In this document: positions 12,520 to 24,083 of the stretch, piece by piece
Position numbering within the stretch: position 1 is the stretch's first letter
Layout: each line of letters begins with the position of its first letter
NCBI RefSeq assembly: GCF_001949145.1
Contig: NW_019091359.1
Span: 1,996,540 to 2,060,539 of the forward strand
DNA length: 64,000 bases
Source: Acanthaster planci
Lineage: Eukaryota
Direction of reading: 5' to 3'
The notes under the pieces: generated by a model
The model's input: the letters and a program-made list of their open reading frames with translations, nothing else
Told to the model about the DNA's origin: nothing
Databases searched by the model: none
Position numbers and translations under genes: made by a program

Positions 12520-12880
12520 TGAACACATTGCCTTCTTTTCCCGGTACTCGTCCTTGGTCAACTGTCACATGATGGATTTATGATGGCATCCAATAATATC
12601 ACAAAGGGCTTGATCCCCAGGGTTAAAAATGCCACAGTAGTTTTTTTCTGAATACAGTAGCTGGTTGAACTCTTTGATGTCTGCTTCTCTGTGTAATGTG
12701 ACTATACCTCTCCCATTATGTCCACTTCTAACTTGCCAAATGTGCCTTGCCCGAGAATGCCACATAGACAGTGGTCTTTTAATGCTTGTAAAGCAGAGAT
12801 TTTCAAATGAAGCTACTTGAGCACGTTCATTACGTGACATCCTAGCAATGGCCAGTGTCTCTGACTCTTTCTTAAATCTC
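12520..12880 (-). mobile_element. RTE-clade LINE, RT C-terminal fragment
   Basis: ESETLA..MSRNERAQVASFENLCFTSI...W....followed by a shifted frame GRVPGKEG. This matches the RTE pattern 'SETWT....+.+FEM.C+R.IL.I.W ... G.V.GKR.RG'. Confidence 0.6.
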
Positions 12881-13429
12881 TGTTCTTAATTGTACATTAC
12901 TTTCTTTAATAGCTGAAGAGCATTTTAGTTGACAGTACCCATCAATGTGGGCAAGGGGAGGATCCAAGAATGTGTCTAGAAGGGGAGGGGGGTCAGGCCC
13001 CTTGGATTTTGTTTATGTCTGATTGTTGTGATTGTGAACGGGGTATGCAATGGTAATACATTACATTGCTAAACAAAGAAATAATAAGAACTCTTGCAGG
13101 GTTTCATCTTTTTTATCATTACTGTGATTGTTATTTCATCTATTCATTCTTTTTTTAGTGTCGGGAGAGGGGGATGATTAGCTACTGTCATGCAGTTTGT
13201 GCTTGCACATCTTTAACAATGAATGCATGAAAAAGCATCTGTAATTTTAATGCCATTATGTTAAGAGCAAGACCACAGTAATTCTTGTATATGTGTGCTA
13301 CCTGTATTAAGCTTTATATACACATAGTGCACGCATCTTACGAGCTAACGCGTGCACACATTCCTTCATAAAAACATGCCTTTGCAAGTTGAGAAGTCAA
13401 ATATCTTATGCAGTAGTGTGTCAGTGGCT

Positions 13430-14160
13430 TTCCTGTGATGAATTTGTTAGGACCAGTAAGCAGTAAACTTAACGATGGATCCATTTCCAGCAATGACCGT
13501 GGGCCTTTTGAGAAAACTGATAGATTCCTGAACTTAGCATGTTGGGTGAAGCGTGGAGGCCTGGGTTTAAGTAGGCTGCTTGGGCGGGTTTTCTTAATGG
13601 GCTTGAAGAAGCATTTGATCCACTAGGTGTGCACGGTAATTTAGTCGAGATCGGAGGCTTGAAAAGGCCTCCGATGAAAATTACTCATCCTTGTGGCTGT
13701 AGCCGTGGCCTTGATTCCTCCTCCCCCCCTCCTCCCCCAGGATGTGGCCTTGGAAGCTGTCTAGTCAAATCGTTAGACTTCATCAATTTAATAAGAGATA
13801 ATCTTTACTTTCTCTTCTGTGTGGATGAGTGTAGAGTCCGATGGGATAGCCCCTCACATGATCTTTTCATGGATGCGTCATTGGGGGTGATCCAGAAGGC
13901 AGGTATGAACAAGAGTGCTCTCACCTTAAAAAAATGTACATAATTAATGAAGCGTCTCCCAAGCAAATTACGAATGGCTGCTTTGTTATTTTCCAGCCAT
14001 TTTGCCAAAATGTTAGGGCTGTCTTGTCTGTACATCTTGTCCAGGCGCATGTTTAGCACAGTCACATGAGCAGGTATTGATGGAATGATGTTGGAACGTA
14101 GTCCCTGTAGCAACGAGTTATCCAGTGGAAACCACTGCTATATCGCATGGCTGTCACCAG
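13430..14160 (-). mobile_element. Possible Penelope-like element ORF remnant
   Basis: Colinear minus-strand motifs across frameshifts: AMRYSSGFHWITRC / NIIPS / ILAKWLENNKAAIRNLL / QKRK / FRNLSVFS..RSLLEM. This resembles the PLE pre-RT layout (H..F+.RC...IIP; W......L; NLS....SLL..G). Confidence 0.35.
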
Positions 14161-15642
14161 TTTGACAGTTTATTCTGTGCTATGTAACGGGGTACATCAA
14201 CATAGAGAAAGAAGGGAACCCAACGGAGAATCTGATTTGTTTTATATTGCAGGGCTGGAGTTGGTGATTTGCATACTCTGGGTGTATCTGCACAGGAGCA
14301 GTAATTTATAATTATTCGTCTATGTCACTGCTCAGGCAATGGGCCCGTTGTCTCCCCCCCCCCAATTTCTGGAGGGGTTGTCAAAATAAACAAAAAAAAA
14401 AGGCGGCTCTATTCCATTTCCCCTCCTTCCAAAAGTTAGTAAAAGGACCAAACCGTTGGCCTCACTCCTCTGAAAGGCCAGAAAAGGTTACATAAAAAAA
14501 ATTTACCCCTCCCCCCAATGAAATTTGGTTCTGCACTCAGAGAACCCCAAATCATAAACATCCAACAATCAGAACTTATAAATATGGCTCATGGACTCGG
14601 CCGTGGAGACATTGGCCGTGTTCAGCTTTTGCACCACACCTAACCTCACTCCAAGGCACCCTTCCCTTGTATTGACGTAGGCAGCAGTCTGTACAAACAA
14701 ATCGTGTGCTTGCAGCAACAGAAGGGTATTTGTCTTGCCTGCGCGTGTAGATGCGAGAACCTTGGGAATGGCCAGCCTTCATTAAGGCGATCTTGTTCTG
14801 TCCAAAGATGAGGGCACGAGGTACAAGTGTACCTTCATAAGACCTTTGCTCAACTTCTCAACTGGGCGTCACTTGGCCAACACCTGGGCTGAAGTTTTTG
14901 CAGTAGTGTCAACTACTCTTATATTGAAAGTGCAAGCCTATAAGAAAATTAAAAGTCACCAGTGAAAGGTTCTACACACTGATTCACCCAGTATGCAACC
15001 TCCTCCTTTCTGGTTTTCATTTTTGTAAAGAGAGACGCTCTTTTCCATTAAAAAAATTTCTTATGCTCCAAAGTGGTTATGTAGTGACTTTAAGATTGAA
15101 ATTATCGCTACAGTATGCCGCCTTATGAGTTGGGGTTAAACTCCATTTTTGATACCTCCTTTCATAGCCTTAATTCCAGGCACGCATCGCTTCCTGAGAT
15201 CTGCCCTGAAAAAAGGATTGGAAAATGCAATACAGCAATGAATGAATAAGTCTAGATTTTTAAAATTTGTTTTCTAATGCAGCTTTCAGATTGGATTCCC
15301 ATCTTTAGTACACTGCAGTGAAACCTAAATATTGGCATGCTCTCAAGATTTATTTCAAGATTGATGCATAATCAGTAATTCTGCTGCAGAATGTAATTTA
15401 GATTTTCTCCTTCTGAAGTCCAATGTACTTTATTGAAAGGAAGGTATTTTGCCCAGTGCTGTTAGTACACTTTCCAGGCCTCACTATGTATTAGCATTCA
15501 TGGGATGTGCGTTGCCTTGCTTAGTGCACTCAGCCCAACGTGGTTTGAATTTAGTGAAACCTGGCTAGCCGTCGCAAGGTAGGTGCCATTGATCAGTCAC
15601 ATCTCCCGCACTTCCTTGTCTCCCAGCCTCACCAACGATAAC

Positions 15643-15673
15643 CCGTTGCCATGGCAACGGTTAACATAGCAAC
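15643..15673. promoter_or_regulatory. Tandem RFX X-boxes
   Basis: Perfect GTTGCCATGGCAAC (15645-15658, inside the 18-bp palindrome 15643-15660), immediately followed by GTTAACATAGCAAC (15660-15673). Confidence 0.7.
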
Positions 15674-15837
15674 CGAACATTGCATCAGCGTGAGTGCTGG
15701 TTTTCTCTGTTTCCTGATGTAATTCAGGAATTCTCACCGAGTAGGAATTGCCTGAGGACATGATGAAACCTTCAAAACCTTCTCTTCTTCAGTATTTCCT
15801 CCTGTGACTCATAATAGTTCAACCTGTCCATTATGTG

Positions 15838-15853
15838 CAGCGCCATCTATTGG
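15838..15853 (-). promoter_or_regulatory. CTCF-like motif
   Basis: The minus strand reads CCAATAGATGGCGCTG, close to the CTCF core. An AP-1 site TGACTCA lies at 15805-15811. Confidence 0.45.
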
Positions 15854-15899
15854 TATCAAGTGAGAGGTGTCAGGCAGAGTATCAATATAACCTTTCACA

Positions 15900-16420
15900 T
15901 CGCAAGTGCCTTCATGTTGTTTTCAAATTTTTCACAAGGTGTCTCTGAGCGAATGCAGAGGCTTTAAATAAGATTTTGTGAAAGGCCTAGATAAACGAAT
16001 CCACTGCCAATGTGCATTGTAAAACATCAGAAAAAAGCCAAGGTCATAGGTCATACCATCGGGGTAACAGTTGCACCGAGGCCCTCTACCTGAACTTGCA
16101 TTTCTTTCCTTGACACCTTTCTGAGCTTGTCAGCTCTTGTAGGAGACATGAATCAATTATTCATCATTCAGCACAGAGATGAAGAAATACCTGGGCAGAT
16201 TTTACAAATGTCTCCCAAGGCATTTCCGTCCAATACAGCTGGTTTGAAAGAGCCATCTATCATAATGGAAGCCTTTTGACTACAAGTCTGTCTCACTACA
16301 CAGGCTCCATCCGTTTTCTTGATAAAAAGCTCCTTGACACACCTGTGCATTTTAATTTTGTGTCCTTCCTTCATTACATATTGGGTACTTGTAGGCCAGA
16401 AAAACCACATTACTCTTGTC
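15900..16420 (-). mobile_element. L2/CR1 LINE, RT C-terminal fragment
   Basis: KIKMHRCVKELFI...FKPAVLDGNALGDICKICPGISSSL then GMTYDLGFFLMFYNAH..IR, matching 'K+N..KCKEL.I....P+.+DGN.+.....LG+.ISS.L ... DL+.FY...IR'. Confidence 0.55.
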
Positions 16421-16537
16421 TTTGTTCGATTCCCTGGGCATTAATCAAGATCTGTATCTCGTTCCAAGCTTACCAACTGAATGTGAATGAAAAAATCAGT
16501 TATTTATAAATCACTGACCAGCATTAGCTGTGACAAT

Positions 16538-16647
16538 ATCAGCTGGCTATGGCTTGAAATAAGGCAAGCACCTATGGATGTCCACTGGCCAGTGGCTCCA
16601 ACTACTTTCCATAGATAGGTGTGTTTCGTTAGCCACAGCCAGTTGAT
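16538..16647. repeat. Nested imperfect inverted repeat (~110 nt)
   Basis: atcagctggctatggct (16538-16554) pairs with agccacagccagttgat (16631-16647). Inner pairs are cacctat/ataggtg and ctatgga/tccatag, with the central palindrome ccactggccagtgg. Confidence 0.6.
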
Positions 16648-17389
16648 TTGGACATGGCCCTACATGAAAACTGCAAGTGTGTATCTTTGTTGTGACCTCT
16701 TGAGCAGGGGTGAGCTCAATAAGCCTTTTGTGAGTTAACTTTGACCCAAATCTGGTACACTGAGTTCTTTAAATTCACGTGAACATAACAACTTGAATTC
16801 CCCTTACTAAAACCATTGTTGCTATACCTCGTGATTTGGGGCAAGCTTTTGCTTAGTTACATAAGAGACGCCTTGCAACAATACACTGTTCTCAATGGAT
16901 AAGAAAGGCTCAAAGGAACCAGTCCATTCCAGAGATGGTGGTCGCTATGCGAAAGCTTGCCCCGAATCACGAGGTATAGCAACAGTGTCTTTAGTCTGGG
17001 GAATTCAAGTTGTTATGTTTATGTGCAGTCAGATAACTCAGTGCACTAGATTTTATTCAAATTTAACTCGCAAATGTCTTATTTAATATGTACACTTGTA
17101 TGCACACCTTTGGGCAATGCGTACCTTTAGGTACAGGGAAGTTTGAATAGGTAACTTTGATAGCAACCAATCAGACTGTGGTATATTTGGGGACTTTGCC
17201 TGTCTTCATGTACTGGTAATGTACATGTATGTGAATGATACAGGGTCACATAGACTTGCCGTTGATTGTTATGTGGTCTTATACTACATAATCATGGTGT
17301 GTTTGACCCGCTGTCTCCAGCCAGCTCTGTCATTTGTGGCCTTACTCGATTCTATGCTGCTTATGGATTGAGGTCATTGTCGATTGTGT

Positions 17390-17830
17390 CTAGCCATGTT
17401 TTATTTTTCTACTCTCCCTAGACTTTTCACTTTCGTGTGTTTCATCACGAGCAATCTTTGTTAGTGCATCCTGTATTAGATACAGCAGATGACCAACTCG
17501 GCTCAGTCTTTGGTGTTGGATGATTTCACTCCATGGCTTTTGCTTGGAGCTGACTTGATCTCCAAACTTGTCATTTCCCATGTCTCCTTATATCAGGAAG
17601 TCAGGGGCTCTAGCTCAAATCATTGTGTCTGTGGCCCCTACTTCCTTACTGATTTCTGTTGAATGGGATATCTTAACCAAACTAACGTTCTTTTTATATC
17701 ACCTTTTGACCTTTGATGCATTCCAAACATCCATCTATTTCTTCCCCCAGTCATATCTCTTGGTTTTTGAAAGTTCAATGTGGTGCAGAGAGATTTGTTG
17801 CTGAAATAGATGCCATAGTTTTTCAATCAA
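17390..17830 (-). mobile_element. RTE-like LINE 3' fragment
   Basis: QKPWSEIIQHQRLSRVGHLLYLIQDALTKIARDE..KSRESRKIK matches 'KPWSE.I..RRL.W.GHLLRL....PA..AL.E....RPRGR.K'. Upstream frames give EEIDG and LRYP. Confidence 0.6.
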
Positions 17831-20299
17831 GTTCCGGTAGGCTTCAGTTGTTTACAGGTTGGTTTTTTAATTTGTTGCCCAGCTGATTTGTTTGATGTTC
17901 TGGTCAAAGCCAAAGCCCCCCTTCCTCCGGAAGAAAAAAAAACAGGTTGAACAAACAAAATGCAAGAGAGACTGGAAAATATTTACAAGGTCCAATTTTT
18001 GGGCCGGCAAAAATCAATCATTTTAAAATGTCCACTCAGAGGAGATAATTACGGAAACACTCAACAGGTCTTAATTAGGTACATGTGATTTTTTTTACCA
18101 ACTTGGTGATTAGCCTCTTTTTCCAGTCATATTGCTTCCTGGAAATGAAAGTTTCACTGTCCAGTCCAATGTGCCAATTTTCTACCTGTCTAAACCATGG
18201 CGCCAGTAGGATAATTTGCCTGCTACCACCCCCCCTTGTTGGCCTGTGCCACCTTCACCTCAAGGGCCCCTCCAAGGCATTTGGGAGATTATTTGTGAAG
18301 GAGTTCTCAGTACATCAGGCCTGAGGTGTTCCCCAACAAAGTGGCCATGTAGGAACAGCCTCCATTTTTGTATCTGGACCCCTGGGCTATTCTTGTCTGG
18401 GCCCTGTCATTTCTGGTGTTGGACTATGTGATGATTATCTGAAGTCCATTTGTCTTGATGAGTGATCGGGAGAGGGTGTCGAGAGTGACAGGGTGGGGGG
18501 CGGTGAAAAAAGGCTGTGAGGGCATGGGAGGAGCTTTGGTATACTGCCCGTAGGCGGTAATCAGCACCAGCACTCTTCCAATGGACAAAACCATCGGTTG
18601 GTAAACCCATAGACTGGTAAATCACTCCATGAAAAAAAAATCTAATTTGTTGCAAGATGTCTGACAACGCTTGCCAATTTCCACGTGATTAAAGCCTAAA
18701 AGGGAACAAAGGAAGGCCTAAAAGTCAATTAAATTTTTCTGGACCGATGTGTGCAGTGGAAAGTACATTTGGGTCGAGTTGTGTATATTTGTAACTTGCT
18801 TTAATCTGAGTTCTGCTATGGGTTTAGTACACTCGCTGTTCCAGTTGTAACCAGGCATGCCCTTGACTCTTCAAGCACCAGCATGTCAACCTTATTCCTT
18901 CTTTTCCACACTTCGTTTTAATTAGTTGAGCACATGTACTTACCCTGATTATGACCTCAACTATGAAGGGCAAACCTTTACAGTAGAAACCAAAGAGGGC
19001 ACACAAACGCAAGACACTCAAACTTAGAGACAACTTGACTGCTTGTAGGCAAACACACGCAGACGAGGTGGCGGACAATCTTGCAGGAGTCCTATTGTCA
19101 ATGGGGCAGTTGTCGCGGTAACTTTTTTTGGGGGGGGAGGCTGGAGTGCTTTTTCTCGCAAGAGTCCCCACGCACCAGTTGTTTGGTTAGATCAACAGTT
19201 GGGTTTGGAAGCAAAAATTGTTGTTTTTAGCCAGAAAAAAAATGGAAGGGGGGGTGATTGAAGAGCTGTGTCCATAGTTGTCTAGTAATAAAGAATACTT
19301 CAGTTTTTATTTAAACAGTGTTGGGTCAGACACCGGCTCTTTGATAGAGAGTGGACCGATCATGCTGCTTCTAGGTAGCAAAGAAATCCCTGTAATAAGG
19401 GTGGCTGTTGCTAATTCTGTATGTTTACCCGTTTCCCTGTATCTGCCACCTGCAGTGCAGAATGTTTTAACCTTGAGGACAAATGTTGATTTTGTTCAAT
19501 TCCAAAGGGAAAGGATGTGGAAATAATAGAATTCTGATGTAAATTCTTCCCTTGTCACACCCTCAAACAACATCTGTACCCACATGGTCGTCTAGTCAGT
19601 GATGTGACTGTGGTTGTTCATTTCACAGTGAGTGACCCGCAGAATGTGGGAGAGAATCGGCTCCCCATACAACTGGAACCTCTCCTCATTGGGAACACCT
19701 CCAGTCAGACTCAGGTGGTCCATTACTCATTTTACAACTTGATTGTGCGATGATCATGACTGATGGGATGATCCTGAGAACTCCCACGCTAAATTGAAAC
19801 GAGCAGCATAGGACAACAGGACAGCTGCTGCGGCCATTTTGTTAAAATGTGAAATTCCGAAAAACTTGTTTGCATCTAAAATGGACAAGAGTAAAAGTGT
19901 TGTAATTTGCTTTTAATGTACAGTTTTTTTCACTTTGGCGCACTGCACCTGTATTCAAATTACAAGCTCTTGTCTTTTACCCAGCTGCATAATTACTCAG
20001 AATCAACAGGAGCAATAAACGACAATGAGTAGCTGGAGTGAACAACACTTTTCCTGGGCAGTGGGCCATGACAGTGCACGGCTGTCTTATGAACCATTCA
20101 TGAGATCCAGCATTTAAAGTGCGTTCCCCCAATCAACCACTGGAACAGACTACTACAGCATGCATATTTCACCATATCTGGGGTGACATCATGTATTTCA
20201 TTTGGTAGAAATAGTCTACACCATTGATCTACATGTATGTTCAGAGCTACCACAAGGGCCACGGGGAGCAACTGTTCACTGTGACATCTCAGGCTACAT

Positions 20300-20725
20300 C
20301 CGAATCTCTTGTCTAGAGCTAGGTCTTCGCTTCACTGGAAATGTGTGGAGATGCGCAGTCAATAGACCTAGCTGTAGCTCTGAAAGCCCGTTTCGGACAC
20401 CGTCTCAGAAACCCTCTTCGAATCTCAAATTCTTCATTCTTTAAGCCTGTTACCCTGTGGCACAATCCTTGTCCAGGTATTACATGTACAAGTTCCAAGG
20501 GGCACCAAGCTATATCTGAAGCAGTAATGGCAGCAGTCATTGATGAGGTGCCATATTTAGTCTCGTTAATCCGAACGTGTAATTCCAAATTTAGAGAATT
20601 ACTTTGAGTACTGTCCCTCATAGTTTAAAGTTGCCAAAGTTTCAGTAGGCTGTAAAACTCAGTTCTAAATGGGAGTATACTGGGATGAGTACCGGTAACA
20701 ACATACTCGTATTCTTCTTGTGTAG
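20300..20725 (-). mobile_element. RTE-clade LINE RT fragment
   Basis: GNFKL*GTVL (F.YLGS.I), LELHVRINETK (E+..RI..A) and LKNEEFEIRRGFLRRCPKRAFR...HISSE (L..F..RCLRRIL.I.W...+SNE). Confidence 0.5.
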
Positions 20726-23700
20726 GTTGTGACAAAGTGTATGCAGTTGAAATCCCTCATGCATTAAAATAAAAAAGAACTTTGCACTACATCAGTGGTG
20801 AGTGCGTTCAATTAACACACACTTTGGAGAATATGTTTTCCCAATTTGCCTCAACTCATCCTTCTGCTGGTCATGCTGAATGTGGCATTCACCTTTATAC
20901 TTTGGCTGTTTTTGTCTCTTCTGAGTGGACGGTGAATTAAACAGTGTCTGTACTTTCTCTCTCTCTCATTCACATCGTTGATTCAACTAGCAGAGAACGC
21001 TTATTGCATCCATAAAATGCAGTTGAATATAAGTAACCAGACCTGACAAATGCTGCCGACTGTACAATAACAAGTTTAGACGGATGCGCGTTGCAGTGGG
21101 TAATCGGGTAGTGCACTCGGCGCAATGGAACTTTGTCAAATAAAATGCCTGCGTTGGCAAATCAACAAAACTGCTCTGATAAGCTGACGCACAATTAATG
21201 AAAGTCAACGATGACTGTCGGCAGACGGGCATTGGAAATTCATAGCTTTCTCCGATGGGTTACATTGGGCAAAGCCAACAGACGACAACATTGACTTGTA
21301 GATAGGGAGAGCGGAGGTTAGGAAGCCCTTGTCCCAGTCCCAATTTATGTATTCAGTTCTCCAGTCATTGCCCCACAGCCGAAAAAACAACACAGCGCGG
21401 CCGCGATGCAAATGTTTTGTTGAGAAAACAGAGACAGTGTGTATTTAAGCAGGCTCATGTGACTGGCTTGTTTCCCTGGTGTGTTATGCCTGCAATATCA
21501 CTGCTTTTCCCTGTTTGTTCAATGAGGCCAAAACAACATTATGATCGCAGACCCTTACTGCATGTTCCACAGTATGTCCTATTGTTTTGGCAGTATCTTT
21601 TTACCATTACGATGAGGTTTCTTTAATCAGCTGCTGCTCTTCAAGTAGTCGTGCATTTACTTCAGTTGATGCAAAGCTGATGTCAATTTCAAATGAATAG
21701 AGAGCCACGAGATGTAACAAGCTTGACATCTAAAGTTTCATGGAGACCAAAAGCATCAACTTTGACAGCCAGTTAAAGCATCATAATGCGCATACACAGA
21801 AGGATTTGGTTTGGAGCGGTTCGTTTGGTGTACATTCACAGAAAATCTCAGTAGCAGTCAACTATAAATTTGAAAAGGTTTCAGAATTGTGATGTTTATT
21901 TGGCATAAAAAGCTGCTCCAGAAGTGTCTGGACAAGGGCCGAAATATTAATTGGAATAAATATCTGAATGTTAAACTCTCCCTAGTGACATTGTATGCAT
22001 TAAATATGTTCCAGGGTTGTAATTTTCTCGTTTCTCTCTGAGGAACCATCCACTGCTTGACTGTCCCTTGGTAATTCTTGGAAACTCGCCACGAGCACAC
22101 TTTCGGTCGGCGGTCGTGCATCTTTCAGCCAGTTGCACACACTGTGCCCCATCTCCCCGATGTGTTTCCGACATGTGTCCTAATTAAACATGGATGGGCG
22201 CGTGTTGCCTGTTCTGGTTTAGCTCTTTTTAAAGAGCGGTATGGCTCGATGAACATCAGGTGTCTTTTGAGTCGTACCCTCTAGAGTTTTTTTTTTTGCC
22301 AGCCTCACCTGGATCAGGCTTGGTACTCTGTCCGTCCGCCGCAGGCACCGAATTCCACCTTTAGTTGAGGTTCGGACACATCTCTGGGACTGCGGCAATT
22401 CAGGTTCGATGACTCAGGCTGAGCGGGGTTTGTAATAATACCCAATTTGTATGTGAGATTTAGATGGATTTCACCACCAAAAATTGTGGTAATTTGAGTG
22501 AAATTAGCTGCACAGTGATTGCTTGTCGATGTGTTGTAACATGTTCAAGTGTGACTCAGCAATTATAAAACAATGTTTGCCAGTTGGTTTATATTACTTT
22601 TACCCTGATGATATTAAAGTTCCACTCGAATTAAATCGGTTTAAAACGTTAACACTGTGTGTGTTTAAAATATTTGCCAGTAGTAAAGGTGTGATACACT
22701 TCTTGTGCAAGTGATGGTATTTTTGTAATGGTTTTTAATATGATTTTAAGCTATATGAGGTCTGGTTTAGCCAAGTTGCCTGAAGCACATTAGTGTTTTA
22801 GTTAAGTGTTGTTGGTGAACAAGCTAGCAATAGCTCATATTAAAAGATACGAGATTTAAACAATTTTTTTCTGTGATGCCTCTTTCCAGTGATTTGCGTC
22901 TGGGACAGAGTCATGTCCCTCATCATCTTACCCTCACACCATGTTACCCTTGCATCATGTTGATTCATTCTTTCCATATTTGAATATTCATGAGGGTGAG
23001 GACATGGCCAGAAATAGACTGACCCTCTTGAGCAGCCAGTGGTTTTGACTCAACAGACACGGGCTCTCTCCAGCATGAGACGCAGGGATAACTTCTGAAG
23101 GAGGCATCCCCGAGGGCCAGTGGCCGCCCTGCATGCAGCTGGAATGCTGAAGACATTTCCACTCAAGGGGTAGCATAGTTAGAAATAAGCGTCACTCTCC
23201 TGAGACATCTCCTGTACATGCACAGCATGCATCCTTGCATGCAGGAATGACAGAGGGACCGAGCCCTTTGTGGTTTTTAAACCCATATATGACAAGTGTA
23301 AAAAAACAAAAGAAAAAAAGAAATCAGAAAAAGCTAGACTTAGATGAGTCATTTTAGCAAAATGGGCATACATGTATTTGGACTTGGAAGCAGAAAGTGT
23401 CCCAGGAAAAATTGTGAGATTCATCTGGCTTGTCCATCTTGGTCTTTTTCTTGAACCCTCGTCACACACATGTATGAAACCACCTGCCATGCAATATTTT
23501 TGCATGAAATCTCGGATCAGTGTTTCTGTATGTAATTCATGTTAATAAGACCTCTGATGTTATCTGAAGTGATACAATTAATACTGGCACATTCAAACAA
23601 ATAGTAAGATGCATATTACGTATCTGAGCATCCTCCTTATGCATACCTGACATAAGGAAAACAGGTTTTTTGGGTTTTTTTTTCTTGCCCCCAGTTATTT

Positions 23701-23859
23701 GTAAGCAGCCCCTCTACAAAAGTTGTCCTTGATCAACTGGGACATTGTTGTTGACAGTGTGAGAAATACTCACTGAGAGACATGTACGTGGAAAGTGAAG
23801 AAATGTGTTTCACCTTGTAGCCTGATGTTCATCGGACAAATGAAGTGAAAACTCTTAAA

Positions 23860-24050
23860 AGCTCTCAAGCACTCCGTGGATGCCCTTATCTTGGATTTGG
23901 TCTTCCTCCTACTTTGATCTTTGCCTGTCTTATCAAGGTATATCTCTCCAAAGGGATAAAATACCTCACCAAGTTGTCATTAGGCAATGTCTGTATCTCT
24001 TGTCCAATCCAGCCAGGGCTCTGTCTTAGGAGACTCAACTTGAATGCCTC
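23860..24050 (-). mobile_element. RTE-like LINE 3' fragment
   Basis: LRQSPGWIGQEIQTLPNDNLVR....KIKVGGRPNPR resembles 'RR..WIGH+.R.P.D.+.+.....RKVGRPK'. Confidence 0.45.
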
Positions 24051-24069
24051 AGGAATTAGGCTCAGGAGA

Positions 24070-24083
24070 GTCGCCATGGCGAC
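24070..24083. promoter_or_regulatory. RFX X-box (palindromic)
   Basis: GTCGCCATGGCGAC is a perfect 14-bp palindrome of X-box form. Confidence 0.5.
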
